Assembly (NCBI GenBank): GCA_934365195.1
Contig: CAKRNA010000001.1
Coordinates: 95,301-159,300 of the forward strand
Direction of reading: 5' to 3'
Length of the DNA stretch: 64,000 bases
Origin: an uncultured Clostridia bacterium
GTDB lineage: Bacteria > Bacillota > Clostridia > Christensenellales > CAAEEZ01
Below the pieces are notes generated by a model, which saw nothing but the letters and a program-made list of their open reading frames with translations, searched no databases and had not been told where the DNA came from. Both the position numbers and the translations under genes were made by a program. Every line of letters begins with the position of its first letter. The first letter of the stretch is position 1. Shown one piece after another: positions 37,506-47,056 of this stretch.

Positions 37506-38339
37506 TTACTCCTTAACCACATATATTTTAATTTTTTCTCTTTGTTCGATATCTTTTAATTTAGCCTTGTTTTCCTCGTTTTCCTCGGCCAAATCGCCCA
37601 AAATGAATAATTGTTTGTTATTTTTACCGTAGTCGCTTAGCCTAATCCACTCCACGTAAGTAAAAATGCCTTCGCTTTTAAGTTCGCTTTTTAACTCTTC
37701 AAGGTCAACGTCTTCGTTTTTGCCCAGCATTTTTTTAACAGCGCCGATTACCATTTTCACCGCTTGAATTAGCACCGCAACGCCTATAATTATTCCAAGT
37801 ACGGCGTCGATAATAGTGTTCGTTACAAGGCATAACGCATAGCATATCCAAGTGCTAGCCGTGATTATCGAATCCAGCAAACTATCTAGGTACAACGAAC
37901 GCATAATATCCGAATTATCCTTTTTGGACAGCGCCTTGTACACTATCGTCATCACTACTTTTACAACCAGCGTTACAAGTAGCAGCCAAAAATACAGCCA
38001 GCCAAAGTAAATAGGAAGCGGATAAACAATCCTTTGGATAGAATACACGATAAACACTCCGCCCATAACAAGCGTCATCGTAGACACTACGAAAGTGGTT
38101 ATATATTCCATTCTGCCAAAGCCGTTCGGGTACTCGTCAGTCGGTTTTTTGTTGCTAACGCCTATTCCGACCGCCGCTAACGTACTGCCTATTATATCCG
38201 TAAAGTTGTTTACCGCATCGATAAACACGCTGATACTATTTGTAACTATTCCCACGAAAAGTTTGATTATGCCTAGCGCAAGGTTAATTATAGCGCCCGA
38301 AATACTTGCGGCAAGACCACGCTTAACATTTTTATTCAT
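37506..38339 (-). CDS. Cation diffusion facilitator (CDF) family transporter
   Basis: 277 aa with six TM helices and a C-terminal cytoplasmic domain. TM2 'DAVNNFTD' and TM5 'DSLLD' align with CDF site-A motifs. Confidence 0.65.
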   Translation of the reverse strand: MNKNVKRGLAASISGAIINLALGIIKLFVGIVTNSISVFIDAVNNFTDIIGSTLAAVGIGVSNKKPTDEYPNGFGRMEYITTFVVSTMTLVMGGVFIVYSIQRIVYPLPIYFGWLYFWLLLVTLVVKVVMTIVYKALSKKDNSDIMRSLYLDSLLDSIITASTWICYALCLVTNTIIDAVLGIIIGVAVLIQAVKMVIGAVKKMLGKNEDVDLEELKSELKSEGIFTYVEWIRLSDYGKNNKQLFILGDLAEENEENKAKLKDIEQREKIKIYVVKE

Positions 38340-38535
38340 ACTAAGATATTATACCACACATTATTTACTTTGAAAATAGGTAATTTAAGTTATTATGGAT
38401 AAATTTGTTAAAAATTTGTTTATTATGAATTATTTTCAACCTATTTAATAGATATTTTTTATAAAATTTGTAGTAAATGGTTAAATATATGGACTTTGAC
38501 TAAATATTTGTCTATAATAGCGTTGAGGTAAATTT

Positions 38536-39729
38536 ATGAAATCGCTTAAACAACTGTACAAAATAGGGTTAGGCCCTTCGAGTTCGCACACAATGGGGCC
38601 CGAAAAGGCTTGCAAAATAATAAACGATAGATACAAAGATGCCGATAGTTTTGTGGTGACGCTTCGTGGCTCGCTTGCTATGACGGGAAAAGGTCACGGC
38701 ACGGACAAAGTAATCGAAAACACTCTTTTAAGGCCTACTACCGTGCTGTTCGATACCGTTACGGTGGACTTACCGCACGAAAACACTATGGATGTTGCCG
38801 TAATTAAGGACGGCAAGGAAATTGCAAATTTAAGGGTGCTTAGCGTTGGCGGTGGCGACGTGGTTTTTGAAGGTGAGCCTCCGCTAGAACCAAAGGACGT
38901 GTACAACCTAAACACTTTCACTTCTATTGCAAAATACTGCGAAGAACACGACGTTCGTATCCCCGACTACGTAAGAGAAAGGGAAGGCGACGAGATTTTT
39001 GAGTACCTACACTTGATTTGGGAGCAAATGAAACAAACGATAAATAGCGGCTTAAAGGCTAGCGGAATTATCCCGGGAGGGCTGGAAATAACCAGAAAAG
39101 CAAAGTACTTGTACTCGCAAAGGCATATCGACGAATCGCCTGAAACAAGAGAAAACCGTCTTGTGTGCTCCTATGCTTACGCTTGTAGCGAGGAAAACGC
39201 TTGCGGCGGCACTATCGTCACCGCTCCAACCTGCGGCTCTTGTGGAATTCTTCCTGCCGTACTAAAATATATGCAAACCAAACACAAGTTTTCCGACGAC
39301 CAAATCGTAAACGCTCTTGCAACCGGCGGAATAATAGGCAACATTGTAAAAACCAACGCCTCTATTTCGGGCGCTGAGTGTGGCTGTCAAGCCGAGGTGG
39401 GTACTGCTTGTAGTATGGCGGCAGGCGCTCTTGCAGAACTATTCGAGATGGACCTTGACCAAATAGAGTACGCAGCGGAGGTTGCTATGGAGCACCACTT
39501 AGGGCTTACTTGCGACCCTATCAAAGGGCTTGTGCAAATCCCTTGCATAGAGCGTAACGCCGTGGGGGCTATGCGTTCGATAAACGCACTAAGCCTTGCA
39601 AACTTCTTGACCAAAACCAGAAAAATCAGTTTTGATATGGTGGTGGAAACAATGTACCAAACGGGAAAAGACCTATCCAAAAACTATCGAGAAACCAGCA
39701 CGGGCGGGCTTGCAAAACTATATAAGTAA
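38536..39729 (+). CDS. sdaA: L-serine ammonia-lyase, Fe-S dependent, single-chain form
   Basis: 397 aa with an N-terminal 'YKIGLGPSSSHTMGP' and Cys-containing 'TAPTCGSCG'. Confidence 0.85.
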   Translation: MKSLKQLYKIGLGPSSSHTMGPEKACKIINDRYKDADSFVVTLRGSLAMTGKGHGTDKVIENTLLRPTTVLFDTVTVDLPHENTMDVAVIKDGKEIANLRVLSVGGGDVVFEGEPPLEPKDVYNLNTFTSIAKYCEEHDVRIPDYVREREGDEIFEYLHLIWEQMKQTINSGLKASGIIPGGLEITRKAKYLYSQRHIDESPETRENRLVCSYAYACSEENACGGTIVTAPTCGSCGILPAVLKYMQTKHKFSDDQIVNALATGGIIGNIVKTNASISGAECGCQAEVGTACSMAAGALAELFEMDLDQIEYAAEVAMEHHLGLTCDPIKGLVQIPCIERNAVGAMRSINALSLANFLTKTRKISFDMVVETMYQTGKDLSKNYRETSTGGLAKLYK

Positions 39730-39917
39730 TACGCTCGTACAAATAAAACGCACTATAACCCTACTATTTACTAACTATTTGCAAAATCTAATTAGTAATT
39801 ACGTAGGGCTATTTTTTATTATTATTTGCCTTGAATTACGGCAACTAACCCATGGATTTTGTTTACTGCATTTTAAAGCCTATTAAGGCATTGATTTTGT
39901 TTAAAAAAAAGGGCTAT

Positions 39918-41099
39918 CTAGCCCCTTTTCCCTTTTCTTATTATTTCTTTATATTTTTCCAAAACGTCGTCCATTACTTCATCCCACGTTGCGTACACGC
40001 TATCCAAATTTGATACCACTTTGTCGTAAACGTCTTTATTGTTTTGAACTTCAATAATTTTATCTGCCCAAGCCTCTTTTGTTTGCTCAGCCAAAAAACC
40101 GTTCTCCCCGTCAATTATCCCCTCTGCCGAGGCAGAACCCCTCACGAGTATCGACGGCGTTCCCATCATAGCCGCCTCTTTTGAGGAAAGTGAAAACGTA
40201 TCAAAAGTGGAAGAAAACAAAAAGTAATCTGCCGTTTTGTAATAGGCAGCAAGCAATTCTTTATCTAAAACTTGACCTACAAACACAACCAAGTCGTCTA
40301 TGCCAAGTTCTTTTGACTGCTTTTCAAGTTTCTTTCTATAATCGCCGTCTCCAACTATTAAAAACTTGAATTTAAGCCCTTTTTCTTTTAATAGTTTCAT
40401 CGTTTCAAGTAGCATAGATATATTCTTAACAAGCACCACTCTACCAACGAATAGGAACGTGACCTCATTACTTATAGCGTGTTTCTCTTTTATTTCTTTT
40501 ACGAGCATATCTAGTTTTTCGGGCTGTACTGCTATTTTTTCAATGCCGTTTTTTACCACTTCACACGGCAAATCAACCCCATAAACGTTTTTTAAACAAT
40601 CCTGACTACCGCTAGACACCGACCATACGTAATCCATTCGCCTAATAGAATATAGCAAAAAATTAAGAGCAAACTTTTGCAGGCATTTTAGTTTTACGCT
40701 ACGATTTATTTCCTCGTGATATTTCGTATGTACGGTAAAAACTATCGGAATATCATTCTTTTTTGCGTACCTAAGCATTGTCCTTGATAAAGTAACCGGG
40801 GAGTGACAATGTATGACATCGTAATGATTTTCCTTTAAATATTTCTTTAATCTTAAATCAAAGGCAGGAAGTGGCAACCTCACGCCGTATTTACCTCCCG
40901 AAAGCGACAACGTGCGTATTACTTTATATCCGCCACCGTCAAAGGTTTTAGGATACCACGGCACAAGCGCATCACAAATTACGCCCTCTTTACCGTTTAA
41001 TATCCTGCAATAATTATCCACCACGTTGACAACACCGTCAACGACGGGGAAATAATTATCTAAAACTTCCAAAATCCTAATTTCTTCCATACTATTCAC
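39918..41099 (-). CDS. GT4-family glycosyltransferase
   Basis: 393 aa with GT-B architecture ('VLDNYFPVVDGV', C-terminal 'E..x7..E'-like region). 8-nt overlap with the upstream gene. Confidence 0.7.
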   Translation of the reverse strand: MNSMEEIRILEVLDNYFPVVDGVVNVVDNYCRILNGKEGVICDALVPWYPKTFDGGGYKVIRTLSLSGGKYGVRLPLPAFDLRLKKYLKENHYDVIHCHSPVTLSRTMLRYAKKNDIPIVFTVHTKYHEEINRSVKLKCLQKFALNFLLYSIRRMDYVWSVSSGSQDCLKNVYGVDLPCEVVKNGIEKIAVQPEKLDMLVKEIKEKHAISNEVTFLFVGRVVLVKNISMLLETMKLLKEKGLKFKFLIVGDGDYRKKLEKQSKELGIDDLVVFVGQVLDKELLAAYYKTADYFLFSSTFDTFSLSSKEAAMMGTPSILVRGSASAEGIIDGENGFLAEQTKEAWADKIIEVQNNKDVYDKVVSNLDSVYATWDEVMDDVLEKYKEIIRKGKRG

Positions 41100-42219
41100 T
41101 CAATTTATATTTTTTTATCACTCTTTTTTTGTGCCTAGACTTAAAGAATTTGTTTGTCATACCCACTAAACCTAGTATTATGTACACGTAATAAGTGCAC
41201 ACTCTCCACATAAACACCACCCAAAACAGAGCGCCCTCTCCCATCGGAATAGGGGCAAACACCATAGATGCCACACCCTCGATAGCGCCACTATTACCCG
41301 GAGTAGGAACAAGCGACGCAGCAAACAACGAGTATGCGTTTAAGGTAACTATATCTACCAGCATTTTTGCCCCGGGGGTTGTTTTTCCTAGCGCCATAAT
41401 AACAAAATAAGGCACGGACATAACTACAAAGAAGTCTAAGCACGAAACCAAAAATAAGAATATAACGCCAACTTTATCCTTTGCAATATGCACAAACGCT
41501 TGCCTATAACCCTCTAAAAAGTCCACTACTTTTTTATCCACTTTTTCGTAGTCGGGCACTATTTTTAGTTTAACGCCTATCTTTATAAAAAATGCGATAA
41601 CCTTATGTATTGCAGATGGAAACAACGAGAATAAAACGACTATAAGCGGAGCAATAGCCGCTATGGATATGCCAACATAAGTAAGACTTTTTACAACAAC
41701 CGCCTGATTATTTGGCAAATATTGTAGAGCATCGTGATTCGTAATATACAAAATCACAGAACATACTATCCACGCTATAAGATGAAAAATATACTTAACA
41801 ATAGGTATTGCAGTAGCTACGTCCGCAGGGTAGCCTTTTTTGTAGTATTGGTACACTTGATACGGCTGTCCACCGGTATTTAATGGCGTGATATTATCGT
41901 AAAATTTACCCATTATACCCACACTCATAGACAGTTTTAAGTCGAATTTTTTAACGGTGATTTTAGAAATTATCGAATATTTAAGCGCATCGGTACAAAA
42001 CATAATCAGCACGATTACTGCTAGCAAAATTGCATAATACGGATTAACCGTAGACAGCAAATCTTTAAGCGAGGCGATATTACCCCCCGATAAAGTCTTG
42101 CTTACGGCATATATCATATAAAACGTCAACCCGAAAAATATCAAAAGCAACGTGTTTTTCAATACTTTCTTGGTTAGGTCTTTATTAAATATCGTCTTTT
42201 TTGTCGGTGATTTTTCCAT
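41092..42219 (-). CDS. Flippase-like polytopic membrane protein (LPG_synthase_TM/UPF0104 type)
   Basis: 375 aa with about 8 TM helices. The 'NITPLNTGGQPYQVYQY' and 'TPGNSGAIEG' blocks are typical of this family. Confidence 0.6.
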   Translation of the reverse strand: MEKSPTKKTIFNKDLTKKVLKNTLLLIFFGLTFYMIYAVSKTLSGGNIASLKDLLSTVNPYYAILLAVIVLIMFCTDALKYSIISKITVKKFDLKLSMSVGIMGKFYDNITPLNTGGQPYQVYQYYKKGYPADVATAIPIVKYIFHLIAWIVCSVILYITNHDALQYLPNNQAVVVKSLTYVGISIAAIAPLIVVLFSLFPSAIHKVIAFFIKIGVKLKIVPDYEKVDKKVVDFLEGYRQAFVHIAKDKVGVIFLFLVSCLDFFVVMSVPYFVIMALGKTTPGAKMLVDIVTLNAYSLFAASLVPTPGNSGAIEGVASMVFAPIPMGEGALFWVVFMWRVCTYYVYIILGLVGMTNKFFKSRHKKRVIKKYKLSE

Positions 42220-42449
42220 TTTTCTTTCTCTATAATAAGATTATACATCATTATCTTTATTTTTCAATAATATCGGTAATTTTTACCTGTAACACTTGGT
42301 GTAGTTCGCTTTTTTCGTGCTTTTTTATTTATTTTTCGCCTCTTTTATCGCCTTTTCTTAACGTATACTCTTTATATTACACATACATTTATCCCTATTA
42401 TACCTATAAAACGCCGTCCGTTTCTAAATGTTTTTAGTCTATTTAAAAC

Positions 42450-42480
42450 AAAAAAAGATACCGTAAAAACGGTATCTTTT
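42450..42480 (-). terminator. Rho-independent terminator after guaA
   Basis: GATACCGT-AAAA-ACGGTATC flanked by A7 and T4. Confidence 0.85.
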
Positions 42481-42501
42481 GGTTATATTTAAAGTTGTTT
42501 C

Positions 42502-44025
42502 TTATTCCCACTCGATAGTTGCAGGTGGCTTGCCCGTGATATCGTAAACTACTCTGTTTACGCCCTCAACCTCGCCAACAATTCTTGCAGAAACTCTGCC
42601 TAATAGGTCGTGAGATAGCGGAACGTACTCGCAAGTCATAAAGTCGTTGGTTTTAACGGCTCTAAGGGCGATTGTGTAGTCGTAAGTTCTTTCCTCGTTT
42701 CTTACGCCGACAGATTGAACGCTGGTAAGGATAGCGAAATATTGATCGGCTTTTTCACCGCTCTTCTCAAGTTCCTCTCTAAAAATAGCGTCAGCCTCTC
42801 TCACGATGTTTAGTTTTGGCTCGTTTACTTCGCCAAGTACTCTAACTGCAAGCCCCGGGCCCGGGAACGGTTGACGAGTAACGAGTTCGGTTGGTAAGCC
42901 AAGTAACCTGCCTAGTTCCCTTACTTCGTCCTTAAACAAACTCTTAAGTGGCTCTACAAGACCTACAAAGTTCATATCCTTAGGAAGTCCGCCTACGTTG
43001 TGGTGGCTCTTAACAACGGCCTTTTTGCCTACCCAACCACTTTCAACGATATCAGGGTAAATAGTACCTTGCGCTAGGAATTTAGCGTCGCCGTACTTCT
43101 TTGCTTCGTCTTGGAATACCTCGATAAACTCCTTACCGATAATCTTTCTCTTTTGCTCGGGATCGGTTACGCCCTTAAGTTTTGACAAAAATCTTTCTTG
43201 AGCGTTCACCCTTACGAAAGTAACGTTTTTATCCTTGAATGCCGCTTCGATTTGGTCGCCCTCGTTCTTCCTCATACAGCCGTGGTCTACGAAAATGCAA
43301 ACCGCTTGATTAGGAATAGCGTACTCTAAAAGTGCTGCGCAAACCGAACTATCTACACCGCCTGACAAACCAAGTATTACTCTTTCTTCGCCGACTTGCT
43401 CTTTAATAAGTTGCTTTTGCTCCTCGATAAAGTCCTTCATAGTGTAGTCACCGGTAGCGCCGCAAATACCAAATACGAAGTTTTTGAATATGGTTTTGCC
43501 CTCTTCCGTTAGGTCTACTTCCGGGCGGAATTGTAAGCCGTACAACTTCTTAGCCTCGTTTTCGATAGCGGCAAACTCGCTAACCTTGGTTGAAGCAATA
43601 GCGGTAAAGCCGTTAGGTAAAGAGGTAAGTTTTTCGGTGTGATTCATCATAACCATAGTATTTTCTTTCACGCCGTCAAATAGTTTCACGCTAGAAACCG
43701 TTGCCTCTACCTTGCCGTACTCTTTTTGAATGCTTTGAACTTTGCCACCTAGCATATTAGCCATAACTAGCATACCGTAGCAAATACCCATCACAGGAAT
43801 ACCAAGATTGAAAATTTCCTTATCGCAACGTGGAGATTCACTATCGTTTACACTTTCCTCGCCTCCGGTAAGAATAATGCCTATAGGATTGATTTTTTTG
43901 ATTTCGTCAACAGAGATATTGTAAGGCTTGATAATAGAGTAAACTTGAAGTTCTCTCACTCTTCTTGCAACGCTCTCTTTGTATTGTCCGCCGAAATCCA
44001 ACACTAATACAACTTGATTCGTCAT
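42502..44025 (-). CDS. guaA: GMP synthase (glutamine-hydrolysing)
   Basis: 507 aa with a GATase 'GICYGM' block, an ATP-PPase 'LGLSGGVDSSV' block and a C-terminal 'PPATIEWE'. Confidence 0.95.
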   Translation of the reverse strand: MTNQVVLVLDFGGQYKESVARRVRELQVYSIIKPYNISVDEIKKINPIGIILTGGEESVNDSESPRCDKEIFNLGIPVMGICYGMLVMANMLGGKVQSIQKEYGKVEATVSSVKLFDGVKENTMVMMNHTEKLTSLPNGFTAIASTKVSEFAAIENEAKKLYGLQFRPEVDLTEEGKTIFKNFVFGICGATGDYTMKDFIEEQKQLIKEQVGEERVILGLSGGVDSSVCAALLEYAIPNQAVCIFVDHGCMRKNEGDQIEAAFKDKNVTFVRVNAQERFLSKLKGVTDPEQKRKIIGKEFIEVFQDEAKKYGDAKFLAQGTIYPDIVESGWVGKKAVVKSHHNVGGLPKDMNFVGLVEPLKSLFKDEVRELGRLLGLPTELVTRQPFPGPGLAVRVLGEVNEPKLNIVREADAIFREELEKSGEKADQYFAILTSVQSVGVRNEERTYDYTIALRAVKTNDFMTCEYVPLSHDLLGRVSARIVGEVEGVNRVVYDITGKPPATIEWE

Positions 44026-44302
44026 TGTTTTTCTCCTTATATAGTAAAAATTATCCTAAGATATATTTTATAGATATATTTTACAATTTTGTTGCAAATT
44101 AGTAAAGCAACCAAAATATATTTTTTATGTTTTTTAGTTATAGCGATATAACTTAGAATATATAGTCCTATTCTATTTAATATTCGTTTAACTTTTTCCC
44201 TCGTGTTTATCACTTTTTAGGCTTGCTAATTTTATTTTAGCCATATCGAAGCATTTTAACTCGATTATTATGATAATATTACTTGCTAATAACTATGATA
44301 AA

Positions 44303-44322
44303 CGTCGGGCAAAAGCCCGACG
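44303..44322 (-). terminator. Hairpin after the FGGY kinase gene (weak U-tail)
   Basis: CGTCGGGC-AAAA-GCCCGACG, 4 nt after the stop codon. Confidence 0.5.
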
Positions 44323-44325
44323 CAA

Positions 44326-45915
44326 TTATTCGTTAAGCAAATGAAAATTCTTTTTGTTGGTCTTGTACAGCCTCTTGAACACTTCAAATTGCCTGTCGTA
44401 AACCTTTTTGTTTTCCATATTAGGCGTAAACGTTGCAGTAACCGGGATAAAGTCCTTTACCTTTTCGATATTAGGTATGATATTTAGCCCCACGCCCATA
44501 ATAGCGGCTGCACCGACAGCGCCCACGTTTTGCGGCTCGTCGATAGTTTCTATCGTCTTACCCGTGATATCGGCTAAGATTTGGCAAGTAGCACTACTTA
44601 AAGCGCCGCCACCTACAAAGCGAATTTTGTCACTTACCTTAAACTTCTTCTCCTCGCATTCTAGCATCCACCTCTTGTGGTAACAAATACCTTCAAGCAC
44701 CGCCCTAATTAGTTCGGTTTTGCCCGTTTCCAGTTTGATATTGAAGAACATACCCGTTGCATAAGGATCTTCAAAAGGACAGCGATTGCCGTGTAGCCAA
44801 GGGGTAAATATCACCCCGCCACTTCCTGCAGGCACGGAGGAAATAACCTCGGTCATATATTGATACAAACTGGTGTACTCGGTTTCTAGGCTCTCGGCAA
44901 CGTCCTCTTTTTTTAGATATATGCCTATCTCGTCAAGCGCCAAGTGGTTTTTTACCCATTCCAAACTTTTACCAGAGGTTTCCATCTCGGCAAAGTAGTT
45001 AAACTTTCCGGTTTGTGCGCCACGAATTGCCGCAATCATAGTCATAACGTCAACCGTTTGCTTGTCCACAATAGTACTTACCCAGCCCGACGTACCGCTG
45101 TAAATATGCGTATCGCCAACGTCTACGCTACCTGCGCCAACGCCGATAAGCGAAGCGTCACCGCCACCGCCGAATACTTTAGTGCCCTCAAGTAAGCCAA
45201 GTTCCTCGCCGGCTTTCTTGGTTAGCCCGCCAACTAGGTCGGTAGACTTAATTATCGAAGCAAGATGCTCCACGTGTACGCCAAACATTTTCGCCGTGGA
45301 AATGCTCCATTCCTTGCCGTTTTTATCCATAAGTAAGGTTGCAAACGCAGAGTCCTCCGTCATAACGAATTCGCCCGTACACCTTGCGATTAAATACTCT
45401 TTTACGTCCAGCCACTTGTACGCTTTTTGGAAAACTTCAGGCTCGTTTTCTTCCACCCATTTGTACTTCCAAACAGGATCTTTTACGCTTGCAGGCACTA
45501 CGCCCGTGTGGTACATTGCCTTTGCAAGTTTAAAGATATTCGCCCCTGCAATTTGTGGGCCGTGGGCTAAGTACTTTTTGATTTGCGCCTTGCCCCTTTG
45601 GTCCATATAACTCATAGGACGCCTTACTGCGTTGCCCTCTTTGTCAACTAGCACCATACCTTGCATTTGCGAGCAGAACGATATGCCTTGAATTTCATTT
45701 GGCTTTACGCCCGTCTTTTTCAAAACTTCCTTAGTGGTTAAGCACATAGCCTCCCACCATTCGTCTGCGTCTTGCTCAGCGCCGCCGTCGTCAAAAACGT
45801 ACAACTTGTAGCCTTCCATAGCCGAACCGACCATTTTTATCTTTTCGTCTATCTCAAAAAGGCAAGTTTTAATACCCGTTGTGCCTATATCGTAAGCAAT
45901 AACGTAGGTTTTCAT
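44326..45915 (-). CDS. FGGY-family carbohydrate kinase (xylulokinase-like; substrate unknown)
   Basis: 529 aa with an N-terminal 'AYDIGTTGIKTCLF' and a C-terminal 'GGGA' block. Confidence 0.8.
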   Translation of the reverse strand: MKTYVIAYDIGTTGIKTCLFEIDEKIKMVGSAMEGYKLYVFDDGGAEQDADEWWEAMCLTTKEVLKKTGVKPNEIQGISFCSQMQGMVLVDKEGNAVRRPMSYMDQRGKAQIKKYLAHGPQIAGANIFKLAKAMYHTGVVPASVKDPVWKYKWVEENEPEVFQKAYKWLDVKEYLIARCTGEFVMTEDSAFATLLMDKNGKEWSISTAKMFGVHVEHLASIIKSTDLVGGLTKKAGEELGLLEGTKVFGGGGDASLIGVGAGSVDVGDTHIYSGTSGWVSTIVDKQTVDVMTMIAAIRGAQTGKFNYFAEMETSGKSLEWVKNHLALDEIGIYLKKEDVAESLETEYTSLYQYMTEVISSVPAGSGGVIFTPWLHGNRCPFEDPYATGMFFNIKLETGKTELIRAVLEGICYHKRWMLECEEKKFKVSDKIRFVGGGALSSATCQILADITGKTIETIDEPQNVGAVGAAAIMGVGLNIIPNIEKVKDFIPVTATFTPNMENKKVYDRQFEVFKRLYKTNKKNFHLLNE

Positions 45916-45964
45916 ATATCCCCCTCCAAAATAAATTTCCGTATATCATATCACAAAGTGATAA

Positions 45965-47056
45965 CTATTCCTCAATGCCTTGCCCTAAAAAGTGCAACAC
46001 CCTAAGCATTTTGTCAAAGTACGTCACGTACGCTTCGCACTTATCCACGTCCACTCTTTCCCTTTTGCAACCGTTTTTGCATAGCGCATAATACTTACAT
46101 TTCTTGCACTTTTCCGTAATTTCCGTAGAGCCAAGCACAAAGTTTGTTTGGATATTGCCCCTCTGCATAGTGAAAAAGTCGTCGGTTTGAATTTTGCCCA
46201 AAATATAGTCGTCCACGCAATAGTAGTCGCACGGGAATACCGTGCCATCCGCCTCGATAGTAAACTGATAACTACAATTACCGTTCATACCGCATTGATA
46301 AGCAGGTAATTTATGAACCAGTCTAACGAAGTTGTCGATTTGCCTCACGCTAACGTAGTTGCCGTGCATATAATCGTCAAAGTACAAGGTGGTAAGGTCA
46401 ATCAAAAACTGCCCGTACTCCTTGCCTGTCATATACATATTTTCGTCCTCAACCACGTGGTTAAAAGGTTTTAGGCAAGGGGTAAACTGCAAATACTTGT
46501 ATCCCCTTGACGTGAAAAATTCGTATATGCTTTTGATATGCGTGGCAACGTACTTAGTTACTACGGTAAGGATATTAAAATCCACTTCGTAGTACTGCAA
46601 GTCGTCGATAGCCTCGATAACCCTATCGAAAGTGGACTCGCCTTTGTAGTCCACCCTATAGGAGTTAGCAAAGTAAGTGCCGTCTAACGATACGCCAACT
46701 AGAAAGTTGTTTTCCTTAAAAAACTTGCACCATTCCTCGTCAATAAGCGTACCGTTGGTTTGAACGGCAAGTATTACCTCGCTGTTTTTGTCGTTGTACT
46801 TATTTAAGTACTCTACCGCACTTTTGAAAAAACCTATCCCGCTAAGAAGTGGCTCTCCGCCGTGAAAGGACAGATAAATTCTACTGCCGTCTGCGTACTC
46901 TAATGCTTTTTTTATGGTGGTTTCCAGCGTTGCCTTACTCATTATCCCGTAGTTTTTCTGCTCCCTATTCTCCGCTACGGAGTGGTAAAAACAGTACTTA
47001 CAGTTTAGATTGCAACTACTAGAAACGGGTTTTAGCATTACGGATAGTTGAGGCAT
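45965..47056 (-). CDS. Anaerobic sulfatase-maturating enzyme (radical SAM/SPASM)
   Basis: 363 aa with 'CNLNCKYCFY' (CxxxCxxC) and a Cys-rich SPASM C-terminus. 1-nt overlap with the sulfatase gene. Confidence 0.85.
   Translation of the reverse strand: MPQLSVMLKPVSSSCNLNCKYCFYHSVAENREQKNYGIMSKATLETTIKKALEYADGSRIYLSFHGGEPLLSGIGFFKSAVEYLNKYNDKNSEVILAVQTNGTLIDEEWCKFFKENNFLVGVSLDGTYFANSYRVDYKGESTFDRVIEAIDDLQYYEVDFNILTVVTKYVATHIKSIYEFFTSRGYKYLQFTPCLKPFNHVVEDENMYMTGKEYGQFLIDLTTLYFDDYMHGNYVSVRQIDNFVRLVHKLPAYQCGMNGNCSYQFTIEADGTVFPCDYYCVDDYILGKIQTDDFFTMQRGNIQTNFVLGSTEITEKCKKCKYYALCKNGCKRERVDVDKCEAYVTYFDKMLRVLHFLGQGIEE

Noticed and set aside
44026-44302. Possible purine/guanine riboswitch in the 300-nt leader of guaA.
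   Set aside because: On the minus strand I could not find the conserved purine-aptamer blocks (the UAUAAU junction, the loop-loop pairs, the 'UCUACC'/'CCGUAAAU' segments). Only a weak 5-bp hairpin is present.
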